A program made the position numbers and the translations under genes. From positions 384,001-448,000 of the forward strand of contig CAVOKF010000003.1 in NCBI GenBank assembly GCA_963696385.1: 64,000 nt of DNA. The letters run 5' to 3'. Under the pieces are notes generated by a model. That model had not been told where the DNA came from, made no database searches, and was given only the letters and a program-made list of their open reading frames with translations. Below, piece by piece: positions 32,682-42,304 of the stretch (its first letter is position 1; the number at the start of each line of letters is the position of its first letter). The DNA comes from an uncultured delta proteobacterium. GTDB taxonomy: Bacteria; Myxococcota_A; Polyangia; Polyangiales; Polyangiaceae.

Positions 32682-33122
32682 TCAGGGCCCTTCGACGACG
32701 CGAAGCACAACGCGCGCCACACCGCGCGATCGAATCCCGATCTTGTCGGCCGCGGCACGCGAAAGATCGATAATTCGCTCCGGGTGCCCGAAGGGACCTC
32801 GGTCCGTGATTCGAACTCGGACCGACTGTCCGCTCTCGACGCAGGTCACCTCCACCCAGGTCCCGAATGCAAGGGTCCGGTGCGCGGCCGTCATTTGCCG
32901 TGGGTCGAACACTTCGCCGCTCGCCGTCCGCCGACCGGCGAGCCGGCCGCCGTACCAACTTGCGGTTCCGCGCTGAACCTCCAATCGCGGATTGAATCGC
33001 GGCGGCTCCGCGATGAATTCCTGGGGAGCCTCGCGAGCCGGAGGCTCCGCGTCGCGGTGCGCACACGCTCCGAGCGCCGTCAGGGTCCACCCTAAGGCGG
33101 CGACGAATCCGCGACGCCGCAT
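32682..33122 (-). CDS. rlpA: Septal ring lytic transglycosylase RlpA family lipoprotein (no SPOR domain)
   Basis: LGAC lipobox, GTASWYG, TASGE, TAAHRTL, DRGPF, IIDLS. Confidence 0.9.
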   Translation of the reverse strand: MRRRGFVAALGWTLTALGACAHRDAEPPAREAPQEFIAEPPRFNPRLEVQRGTASWYGGRLAGRRTASGEVFDPRQMTAAHRTLAFGTWVEVTCVESGQSVRVRITDRGPFGHPERIIDLSRAAADKIGIRSRGVARVVLRVVEGP

Positions 33123-33206
33123 CGGGCCGTACGTCTAGACGATCGGTCGAGGGATCGCGACACGCTCGCGGCCCCCCCGGGGGAGAAAGCCGTGCTCGCG
33201 CGGCAC

Positions 33207-35952
33207 CTAGTGGGCCTCGGCCCAACTCTTTCCCCAGCCCACGTCTACCACGAGCGGGACGGCGAGCTTGATGACGCCCGACATTCGCCCCCGAATGCGC
33301 TCGCCCGCCTCGGCCGCGTCGGCCTCCGGGACTTCGAACACGAGCTCGTCGTGCACGGTGAGCACCAAGGGCGTTCGCAGCGCTTGCTCACCGAGCCCAA
33401 GATCGACCATGGCGAGCTTCAGGATGTCCGCCGCCGTCCCCTGAATCGGTGTGTTTCGTGCCACACGCTCCGCCTCGAGCCGCAGCGCGCGATTGGCGGA
33501 GTGCAGGTTCGGCAAGAATCGGCGTCGTCCGAGCAGCGTGCGAACGGATTCGGCTTGGCGTGCCGCCTCGACGGTGTGATCCATGAACCTCGCCACGCCC
33601 GCATAGCGAGTGAAGTACGCGGCGATGAAGCGGGCGGCTTGCTCGCGAGCCACGCCGAGCTGTTTGGCGAGCGCACTGTCGCCCATGCCGTAAATCACGC
33701 CGAAGTTGATCGTTTTGGCCGCGCGCCGCTCGTCGGCCGTTACCCTGTCGCGCGCCTTGTCGAAAACGAGTGCGGCGGTGCGCACGTGAACGTCCTCGCC
33801 CGTCGCGAACGCATCGATAAGCTCGCTATCCTGCGCGAGGTGCGCCAGGACGCGCAGCTCGATCTGCGAGTAGTCGGCACTCAAGATGACGTGCCCCGGC
33901 GGCGCCACGAACGCCGCCCGAATGGCGCGGCCCACACCCGTTCGGATGGGGATGTTTTGCAGGTTTGGGTCGCTCGAAGACAGCCGACCCGTTGCGGCCA
34001 CTGCCTGATCGAAGCGCGTATGGATACGACCCGTGTTCGGGTCGACGCACTTCGGAAGCGCATCGATGTACGTCCCCTTCAGCTTGTCGAGCTCCCGAAA
34101 CGCGAGGATGCGCGACGGCAGCGCATGCGCATCGGCGAGAGCCTCCAGCGCGTCGGCGTCGGTCGATCGCCCCCCCTTCGGGGTGCGTTTCACGACCGGG
34201 AGCCTGAGCTCGTCAAAGAGGATTTTTTCCAATTGATCCCGCGAGCGGATCGCGAAGTCCCGGCCCGCCAGGGTCTTGCATTCACTTTCGAGATCCCGGA
34301 GCTTCTGCTCCACCGTGCGCCCGACGGCTTGCAGAGTCGCCACGTCCACGAGCACGCCCCGCAACTGCATCGCACAGAGGACACTCTCGAGCGGCATCTC
34401 GACATCCCGCATCCATCCGTCGAGTCCGTCGCCGGCGAGGCGCGACTCCATGCGCGCGCGGAGATCGAGTGCCATCTCCGCGCTTGCCGCCGCGAGGGGT
34501 GCGGCTCGTACCACGTCCAGCTCTTCGAACACGGCGCGAGAACCTCGCGACTTCGGCGAAGGTTCGTCGTACCGCGTCACCCGGACGCCGATTCTCTCTC
34601 GGCCAGATCGTTCAGACCGTTCGGCGCCTCGGGGTCCAGCAGGTACGCCGCGATCATCGTATCGAAGGCCGGGCCCCCGATCGTCACCCCGACACGCGCC
34701 AAAAGCGTCATGCAACGCTTGAGATCGTGACCCACCTTCGTGACACTCGCGTCCGCCAACAGCGGAGCCAGCCGCGGTCGAACGCACTGCCATTGGAGCT
34801 GAGTCGGGCATCCTAAGTACCGGTGCGCAAGCGGAATGTAGTGGCCACGACCTGCCTCGGTCGCGAGCGACACGCCCACGATCTCGGCTCGCGTAGCGGC
34901 CGGACCCGTCGCTTCGACGGCGATTCCGATCACGGCCTTGCGGCGCGCCTCGGCCACGACCGCTTCGAGCGACTCGATGTCGAGCACGCAGCCGTACACG
35001 CGTACGGCAGGCACCGCTTGAACGGCCGTCTTCGCCGGCGAACCTTCGCGCTCGCCGTCCGAGAGTTGATCAAGCTGGCCCAGCTGACGATGAAACTCCA
35101 GTTCGGTATACAGAGCACGCAGCGCGGCTATGTCCGCCCCGCCCCAAAGCAATTTCTTTGGTTCCAATCCAGAGGGGCGTCCACGTCGAGCGTCACGAGC
35201 TTGAGGGAGACGCGCGCGTCGGCCTCGTGCTGGCGCAAGCTCTCACGCAGCTTCGGCTTCGACACGTCATCGAGCGCGCCGAAGATGGCGTCGAAGGAAC
35301 CGAACTTCGCGAGAAGATCCGAAGCCGTCTTGGGTCCCACGCCGGGGACGCCCGGTACGTTGTCGCTCGTATCGCCGGTCAGCGCGAGAAAGTCACGCAC
35401 TCGACTGGGCGGCACCCCAAGCTTTTCGCGCACCTCCGCTGGACCGTAGACCCTGTCGCGCATCGAATCCCACAAGACGACTCGATCGTCGTCGTCGCGA
35501 ACGAGCTGCATCAGGTCCTTGTCGGCACTCACGATGACGACGCGCAGTCCTTCGGCCAACGCCCGTTTCGTCACGGCGCCGATGAGGTCGTCCGCTTCGA
35601 GCCCGTCCTTGCGGAAACACGCCGCGTCCCAAGCGTGCACGATTTGCTCGACGCGATTCATTTGCTGCGAGAGATCCGGCGGCGGTGCCGGACGTGTCGC
35701 CTTGTATCGAGCATCGACCTCGTGACGAAACGTCGGCCCTTTCGAATCCATGGCGACCGCAAGCCTGTGGGGCCGACGCTCGGTCACGATTTTTTGCAGC
35801 ATGTTCACCGTGCCGAGCACGGCATGGGTCGGCTCGCCGCGCGAGCTCGATAGGGGTGGCAGCGCGTGGTACGCGCGAAATACGTATCCGGAAATGTCGA
35901 CGAGATAGAGCGCGTCGGGCGCGCCGCGGTCGGGCAGCCTGGCCGCGCTCAT
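33207..35952 (-). CDS. polA: DNA polymerase I (about 915 aa; two single-base deletions near 35166 and 34592)
   Basis: 5'-3' exonuclease (YVFRAYHA, EADD, SADKD, GDTSDNVPGV), 3'-5' exonuclease-like domain, polymerase motifs (TGRLSS, DYSQIELR, KTINFG, VHDE) over three frames. Confidence 0.95.
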
Positions 35953-36114
35953 TCTCGGCTGCGATCCAAAGCGACGGCCCCGGCGCGAGCCAAGGCACGC
36001 GACCTCGCCATGCCGCCGGAGAACCCGACCCTCGACGCCTCGCAGAGCATGCGCTGGGCTTGTTAGCGGGCCGCATGAGACTCGTCTAATGTAGTGGCGC
36101 GGCGGCGCGCTTTG

Positions 36115-37536
36115 ATGAGCGATACGAACCTCCCCTTGCGCGGTCTGGTCGCTGGAAAGTACGAGCTGGTCCGTCTCATCGGTCGCGGCGGCATGGGGTA
36201 CGTCTGGGAGGGACGGCACGCGACTTTAGCGACGCGCGTGGCCATCAAGTTCGTCGACCCGGAGTACGCTGACAGCGCGGAGGCTCGCGCGCGTTTCGTG
36301 ACGGAGGCCCGCGCCGCGGCCACGATTCGGAGCAAATACGCCATTCAGATCTACGACCATGGGTTGACCGACGACGGGCGTCCGTACATCGTCATGGAAC
36401 TCTTGGCCGGGGAACCGCTCGATCGCCGACTGGAGCGGCTGGGTCGGCTGCCGCTAGGCGAGACGGCCCGACTGCTCGGGCAGGTCTGCCGAGCACTGCA
36501 GCGTGCGCACGACGCGGGCATCATTCACCGCGACCTCAAACCAGAGAACATATTTCTCGTCAGCTCCTCCGACGACGACGAGGAGATCGCGAAGGTTCTG
36601 GATTTCGGCATCGCCAAGTTCAAGGGCCTTCCGGGCGGACCGGCTGTGACGAGCAGCACAAGGACGGGAGCCGTGCTCGGTACCCCCTTCTACATGTCGC
36701 CGGAACAAGCGCGCGGGTTGCGCGACATCGACCACCGGACCGACCTTTGGTCGCTCGGCGTGATCGCGTACAAATGCGTCACCGGCATGTTGCCCTTCGA
36801 CGGCGAGAGCGTGGGGGACCTGCTGGTCAAAATCTGCACTGCCCCCCTTCCGGTTCCCTCTGTGACGCTGCCCGGACTGCCGGTCGGGTTCGACCGATGG
36901 TTCACGCGTGCACTCGAGCGCGAGCCCGGCCGGCGTTTCGGGTCGGCGTCGGAGCTCGCGGACGCCCTCGCCGCGACGGCGGGCATCACCGGGGCGGGCG
37001 CCCGCGCCCATCCGTCCGGCGCCCGTCCGATCGACGCGGTCGCGCCGGGGGAGTCGGCGTCGAGCGATGCCTACGAGGCTTCGGCGGCGGGCACTGGAAC
37101 GTCGGCGCCATTCATCGCCCCATCGACCGCGCCCGCGCGATCCACGCGCGCCAAGTGGATCGGTGTCGTCGCTTCGGGCGTGCTCGGGGGTACCGTCGGG
37201 GTCTTGGCCGTCGTGAGGGTCGTGTCGACGGCCCCATCGAGCCCCCAGAGAGTCGTCGAGTCGCCCATCCCCATTTCGCCGGCTTCGCCGGCACCCCCGG
37301 TCTCGGTCGGGCTCCCTCCCCCATCTGCGACCGCCGCGGGTCCCGTCGGTCCGAACCCGCCGTCGGTCCCGTCGCTCGCGACTGTCCGTACGCCGAGACC
37401 TCCGAGTGGGGCCGTCGTCCTCAAGCCCGTAGCGAGCGCGCCAACGGCGGCGTCGGCACGGCCGGCCCCTGCCCTCGCCTCGTCGTCTGCGGTGCCGGCA
37501 ACTTCCAAACCGATGACGGCGGATCCGGGGTATTGA
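36115..37536 (+). CDS. Membrane-anchored Hanks-type Ser/Thr protein kinase
   Basis: GRGGMG, VAIK, HRDLKPEN, DFG, GTPFYMSPEQ; one TM; Pro-rich tail ending DPGY. Confidence 0.94.
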   Translation: MSDTNLPLRGLVAGKYELVRLIGRGGMGYVWEGRHATLATRVAIKFVDPEYADSAEARARFVTEARAAATIRSKYAIQIYDHGLTDDGRPYIVMELLAGEPLDRRLERLGRLPLGETARLLGQVCRALQRAHDAGIIHRDLKPENIFLVSSSDDDEEIAKVLDFGIAKFKGLPGGPAVTSSTRTGAVLGTPFYMSPEQARGLRDIDHRTDLWSLGVIAYKCVTGMLPFDGESVGDLLVKICTAPLPVPSVTLPGLPVGFDRWFTRALEREPGRRFGSASELADALAATAGITGAGARAHPSGARPIDAVAPGESASSDAYEASAAGTGTSAPFIAPSTAPARSTRAKWIGVVASGVLGGTVGVLAVVRVVSTAPSSPQRVVESPIPISPASPAPPVSVGLPPPSATAAGPVGPNPPSVPSLATVRTPRPPSGAVVLKPVASAPTAASARPAPALASSSAVPATSKPMTADPGY

Positions 37537-37565
37537 CGTACCGATCGCCGGCCAAGGCCCTCCTC

Positions 37566-38882
37566 ATGCGAGTCCTTCCTTTCCTGGTCTCTGCGGCGGC
37601 CCTTGTCTGGAGCGGCGTGGCCGGCGCTCAGGTAAGCGACGCGGAACGCGCAGCCGCGCGGGAGTTGTTCAAGCAGGGCGACGAACTTCAACGAGCCGGA
37701 CGCTTCGCCGAAGCCCTCGACAAATTCGAACGCGCGCAGCAAGTGTTCGGCGCGCCCACCAACCAGCTTCGGGTCGCGGAATGCGACGCCGCCCTGGGGC
37801 GCCTGGTCGAGTCCGCGGAAGCGTATCGCGCGGTGGTGCGAACCGTGCTGCCGGTTGGGTCCCCCCCGGCGTTCCAAGCTGCGGTCGATCAGGCCAAGGC
37901 CGAGCTCGGACAGGTCGAACCGCGGGTACCGCGACTGACCGTCCAGGTGCAACCGACGGTCGACCGCGCCGAGCTGCGGATCGACGGCCAAACCGTCCCC
38001 TCGGCTCTGATCGGTGAACCGATGCCGCTCGATCCGGGCCGGCATCAAGTCGCGGTCAGCGCTCCGGGATACGCTCCGGCCGAACAGGTCATCGAGCTCA
38101 AGGAGCGCGAAAGCCAACCCGTTCGATTCGTACTCCGGTCGATGCCGACGGCGGCGCCGCCCCTGCCGCCACCGCCGCCCGCGCCCGCAAGCGCGCCGCC
38201 TCCGCCTCCACCGGCTCCGCCCTACGCTTCCGCCGCTTTAGTGCCGGCACCCCGTAGTGTCTCCGTCAATCGGCCGGTCTCGCGGCTCGGGCTCCTGTTG
38301 GGCGGTCACCTCGGCGGAGAAGTCTTGTCCGGCACCGTGCCGGTCGGGGCCGGGAAATCGGTCAACGCCGATGCGATCGCGTCGGCCGGCTTCGCATTCG
38401 GAGCGGACGCCGGCTTTCGCTTTGCGCGTCACTGGTTGGTGGGCGGCGTCGTCGAGCATGCGAGCCTCGGTCAAGGCAATCGCTCCGAACTCGGTTCCGG
38501 CGTCGCCGTGAGCTCCGACACGACGCTCGTCGGAGTCACCTTCGGTTTCATCGGCAATCCGGACTGGACGAGCTTTTATGGGGAGGTGGGCATTGCGAAT
38601 CGGTGGTTTCACTATCGGTCCACATGCCCCGGAGTCGGGGTAACGAGTTTCTGCGGTCCGATCGCGCCCGCGGACTACACGGACAGCAGCGCGGAATTCA
38701 CGCTGGGCGCAGGCGTCTGGATCCCAGGTGGCCGCTCGTTCCGGTTGCTCCCCAAGGCGACGCTGGGCTTAGGGGCGTTCAATCAGCCCGACCAAGACGC
38801 GGGCGCCGCCACGGCGACGAGCGCACCGTGGCACACGTTTTTCATGATTGGCATTGCGGGATTTTACAACCTGGACTTCTGA
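37566..38882 (+). CDS. Secreted TPR + PEGA protein with probable C-terminal outer-membrane beta-barrel
   Basis: Signal peptide; TPR (ARELFKQG...FAEALDKF); PEGA (LRIDG...LDPGRHQVAVSAPG); poly-Pro linker; alternating beta-strand pattern ending GFYNLDF. Confidence 0.8.
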   Translation: MRVLPFLVSAAALVWSGVAGAQVSDAERAAARELFKQGDELQRAGRFAEALDKFERAQQVFGAPTNQLRVAECDAALGRLVESAEAYRAVVRTVLPVGSPPAFQAAVDQAKAELGQVEPRVPRLTVQVQPTVDRAELRIDGQTVPSALIGEPMPLDPGRHQVAVSAPGYAPAEQVIELKERESQPVRFVLRSMPTAAPPLPPPPPAPASAPPPPPPAPPYASAALVPAPRSVSVNRPVSRLGLLLGGHLGGEVLSGTVPVGAGKSVNADAIASAGFAFGADAGFRFARHWLVGGVVEHASLGQGNRSELGSGVAVSSDTTLVGVTFGFIGNPDWTSFYGEVGIANRWFHYRSTCPGVGVTSFCGPIAPADYTDSSAEFTLGAGVWIPGGRSFRLLPKATLGLGAFNQPDQDAGAATATSAPWHTFFMIGIAGFYNLDF

Positions 38883-39120
38883 TGCACCGGTCGCCGCCTA
38901 CCCAGGTATCCCCCCCGATCGCGCAGTCGCCCGGCCCGCCCTTGCGGCACAACCCGCCATTTTGGCACAAGCGGCCGCCCGTGCCCCCCGAACGACAGGA
39001 CGCCCCCTCTGGACCGAAGACGCCTTGGACGTCGTCGACGGTGACTGCTTCTGGCCATAGCCTTAAGCGGCGTTCGCGTTTAGACTGGCGGTTGGCTCGT
39101 TTGGGGGTGAGAGACGATCA

Positions 39121-39489
39121 ATGACGAAGGCCGAGATCGTCCAGGCGCTCTACAGCAAAGTGGGTGGGTTCTCTCGCAAAGAGTCCGCCGAGCTCGTGGA
39201 CCTTGTCTTCGAGATGATGAAGGAGACACTTGGCCAGGGTGAGAAGCTGAAGGTGAGCGGCTTCGGCAACTTCGTCTTGCGCGACAAGCGGCAGCGACCG
39301 GGTCGGAACCCCCAGACCGGCCAACCGATCAACATCACCGAGCGACGTGTCCTCACGTTCAAGGCCAGCCAGATTTTGAAGCAAGCTCTGAACTTACGAA
39401 TCGACGCGGCCACCGCGAATGGCAGCGGCGCCGCGGCCACCGTCCTGGCCTCAAGCGGAGCCGCGGACGCGCTGGTGGCGAAGGATTGA
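39121..39489 (+). CDS. ihfA: Integration host factor alpha subunit
   Basis: MTKAEI, KVSGFGNF, RPGRNPQTG, VLTFKAS; followed by a MerR gene as is usual; extra Ala-rich tail. Confidence 0.92.
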   Translation: MTKAEIVQALYSKVGGFSRKESAELVDLVFEMMKETLGQGEKLKVSGFGNFVLRDKRQRPGRNPQTGQPINITERRVLTFKASQILKQALNLRIDAATANGSGAAATVLASSGAADALVAKD

Positions 39490-39510
39490 TCGAGGCACCG
39501 GGGCGGTCCA

Positions 39511-39936
39511 ATGGTGGCGACGAGTCCGGCAGCCCTTCCCACGAAGCCGTACTTCCGAATCGGCGAGGTCGCCGAGCTGGTTGGTGTCGAGCCTCACGTG
39601 CTCCGCTACTGGGAGCGCGAGTTTCGCGCGATTCGCCCGACGAAGAGCGCAAAGGGCCAGCGTGTGTATTCTCGGCGCGACGTCGAAAATCTCATGCGAG
39701 TCAGGGACCTTCTCTATCAAGAAGGTTTCACGATCGCGGGTGCGAAAAAACGGCTCGGCCGGGGCTCGCTGGATCTTCACACGCCCGAAGTGACGGCGCC
39801 GCCGCGGAGCATCGAACCGCCGCTGGCACGGTCCCACGAACCGCGTGCGGACCCCGACAAAGCGCGCGAGCAGCTGCTCGCGATGCGAGGCGACATCGAG
39901 GATTTTCTCGCCAAGCTCGGTCCGCCGACCCGCTGA
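39511..39936 (+). CDS. MerR family transcriptional regulator
   Basis: YFRIGEVAELVGVEPHVLRYWEREF...GQRVY...LLYQEGFTIAGAK. Confidence 0.92.
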   Translation: MVATSPAALPTKPYFRIGEVAELVGVEPHVLRYWEREFRAIRPTKSAKGQRVYSRRDVENLMRVRDLLYQEGFTIAGAKKRLGRGSLDLHTPEVTAPPRSIEPPLARSHEPRADPDKAREQLLAMRGDIEDFLAKLGPPTR

Positions 39937-39985
39937 TCTCACTTACGCTCGAGCCAAGAAGTGATTATAACGCGCGCCCTACCCC

Positions 39986-42169
39986 ATGCACAGGCGCCGC
40001 CGCTCGCACGCGCTGACTCTCCTGGCGCTCGTCGCGCCCCTATTTTCCGCGTCCGCCGTCCGCGCGCAAAGCACCGCGCGACCCGCGGCGGCTGCGGATT
40101 CGGCCGCCCCCACTGCCGCGCCATCGGCGAGTAGCCCTTCGCCGCAAAGGCCTCCGCTCATTACGCCCATCGCGGCGCCGACGGCCGCGAGCAGTCCGGC
40201 GGCACCGACGGCCGCGGCCGGTCCCGCGGCGGCGACGACGAGCCCGTCATCGCCTTCTTCGCTGGCGCCGGGCCGGCCGCCGACGGGGGTCATTAGCCCC
40301 GCACGCGACCAGCAGGACCTCGCCGCCCAGGGCGCCCAGCGACCGGACGCCGGCGAGCTCGCCGGAGGCGCCAAGCAGACCTTCAGCGACGATTGGTGGG
40401 GCCGGGCACGGCCGATCATCGAGTTTCACGGCTTCTTTCGCACACGCGCGGAGCTCTTTCAGAATTTCGGGCTCGGCCGACACAGCAGCAGTCTTCAGGG
40501 GAACGACCCGCAGTACCTTTGGCCGCAGCCGCTCGACAACTCCTACACGGTCATCAGCCCCGGGGGCGACGCCGGAGGATCGCGCAGCGTGAACGTGTGC
40601 GGCAACGCATCGCCGCCAACCGCCAATTGCTACGACAAGAGCGAGTCGAGCGCCAACATGCGTTTGCGGCTCGATCCGGAGATCGACATCTCGGACAACC
40701 TGAGGATCGTGACCGAGGTCGATCTTCTCGACAACGTCGTGCTCGGGTCCACCCCAAACTCCTACGCGACACAACCAGCGGGCTCGTCCACCACGGGAAC
40801 GAGCAACGCGCTGAAGACCCCGACGGGCTACCAGTCCGCCGGCTACAATGCGTACGCGCCCGTCGGGTTCTTCGCCACGACCCAAGGGCCGCCCACGGCA
40901 GGCGTCAACTCCACGACGAACTCGATCGACGTTCAGCGAGTCTGGGGCGAGTACATGACTCCCGTCGGACAGCTTCGCTTCGGGCGAATGCCAAGCCAGT
41001 GGGGTCTCGGCATGGTCGACAATGCCGGCGACGGCATCGACAGCGACTACCAAACCACCGTCGACCGAATCATGTTCGTCACCGGGATCAAGTCGATGGA
41101 TGTGTTCTTCGGCGGCGCGTGGGACTTCATTTCCACCGGTCCGACGGCGCTTCCCGGAGCCAGCACCTCGACCGTATGGGACGTTTACGGCGGGCAACCG
41201 TACAACACGTGCAACCGCTGCAACGTGGGCGAATGGGCCGCATGGGTTGCGCACCGCACCAACCCCGACCTCCAGCGATTGTCGCTGACGCGCGGCGACG
41301 TGGTGATCAACGGAGGACTCTACGCCAAGTTCCGTCGTCAAGACATCGACGTCGCCTCCGGAAGCGGCGAGATCCCGCAAACGGTCGACTCCACGAACCC
41401 GAACGACCTCGAGGCGCGCAAAGCCTGGGCGTTTACGCCGGACCTGTGGGTGCAGATGCTTTGGCGCAAATTGCGATTCGAGGCCGAGGCTGCGATGATC
41501 TGGGGCGAGATCGGGTCCCTTCCCGGTCTCGAAGAGGCCACGGTCGCCAACCCCGTCGACATTCGCGAGTTCGGCGTCGTCACGCAGACCGAGTACCGTG
41601 CGATCGACGACAAGCTCGATCTCCAATTCGGCTTCGGCTACGCGAGCGGCGATCCCTGGGCATACAACTCCGCGGGATCGGGCGTGCAAGGTCAAGGCGC
41701 ACTGCAACCAAACGGAGCCGGTGTGCAGGATGAGTTCAACAACGGACCGATGTCGACGTTCCGCTTTCATCCCGATTATCGCATCGATCTCATCTTTTTT
41801 CGCAACATCCTCACGCGGGTCGAAGGCGCGTACTACTTCCGCCCGAGCGTCGACTACGACTTCATTCGCCACTCGGACGGCGAGAAGATCGGCGGCGGCC
41901 TCGCGGCCATCTACAGCCGAGCCAGCGAGTTCGTCCAAACTCCCGGTCATCAGAGCGACCTCGGGATCGAGTTCGACGGCCAGCTCTACTACCAGTCGAA
42001 GGATGGGTCGCTCAACGACGACCCCAGCAAAATTGGCGGCTTCTACGCCATGCTGCAGTACGGCGTCTTCTTTCCCTTCGGTGGACTGGCCTATCTCGGC
42101 ACTCAGCCGTTCAACGCAAGCCTTTCCGCGGCACAAATCGCGCGTCTTTTCCTCGGCATCGTCTTCTGA
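39986..42169 (+). CDS. Outer-membrane beta-barrel protein, probably myxobacterial TIGR04551-like
   Basis: Signal peptide, Ala/Pro linker, HGFFRTR, ANMRLRLDP, LRFGRMPSQWGLG, FHPDYRIDLIFFR, terminal LGIVF. Confidence 0.7.
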   Translation: MHRRRRSHALTLLALVAPLFSASAVRAQSTARPAAAADSAAPTAAPSASSPSPQRPPLITPIAAPTAASSPAAPTAAAGPAAATTSPSSPSSLAPGRPPTGVISPARDQQDLAAQGAQRPDAGELAGGAKQTFSDDWWGRARPIIEFHGFFRTRAELFQNFGLGRHSSSLQGNDPQYLWPQPLDNSYTVISPGGDAGGSRSVNVCGNASPPTANCYDKSESSANMRLRLDPEIDISDNLRIVTEVDLLDNVVLGSTPNSYATQPAGSSTTGTSNALKTPTGYQSAGYNAYAPVGFFATTQGPPTAGVNSTTNSIDVQRVWGEYMTPVGQLRFGRMPSQWGLGMVDNAGDGIDSDYQTTVDRIMFVTGIKSMDVFFGGAWDFISTGPTALPGASTSTVWDVYGGQPYNTCNRCNVGEWAAWVAHRTNPDLQRLSLTRGDVVINGGLYAKFRRQDIDVASGSGEIPQTVDSTNPNDLEARKAWAFTPDLWVQMLWRKLRFEAEAAMIWGEIGSLPGLEEATVANPVDIREFGVVTQTEYRAIDDKLDLQFGFGYASGDPWAYNSAGSGVQGQGALQPNGAGVQDEFNNGPMSTFRFHPDYRIDLIFFRNILTRVEGAYYFRPSVDYDFIRHSDGEKIGGGLAAIYSRASEFVQTPGHQSDLGIEFDGQLYYQSKDGSLNDDPSKIGGFYAMLQYGVFFPFGGLAYLGTQPFNASLSAAQIARLFLGIVF

Positions 42170-42304
42170 CCCGACGGACGCTCGATCGCGCGCTATAAGA
42201 AGCGCATCGCGGGTGACACGAGGTGAATCGCCGGATGGATCGGCGAGCCACGGTGAGCTCGTCCGACGGGCGAGCCGTTCAATCACTTGGGGGCGGGAAG
42301 CGGA

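Noticed and set aside
38940..38985. TGGCAC upstream of ihfA as a sigma54 promoter
   Set aside because: No GC at the required 10-nt spacing.
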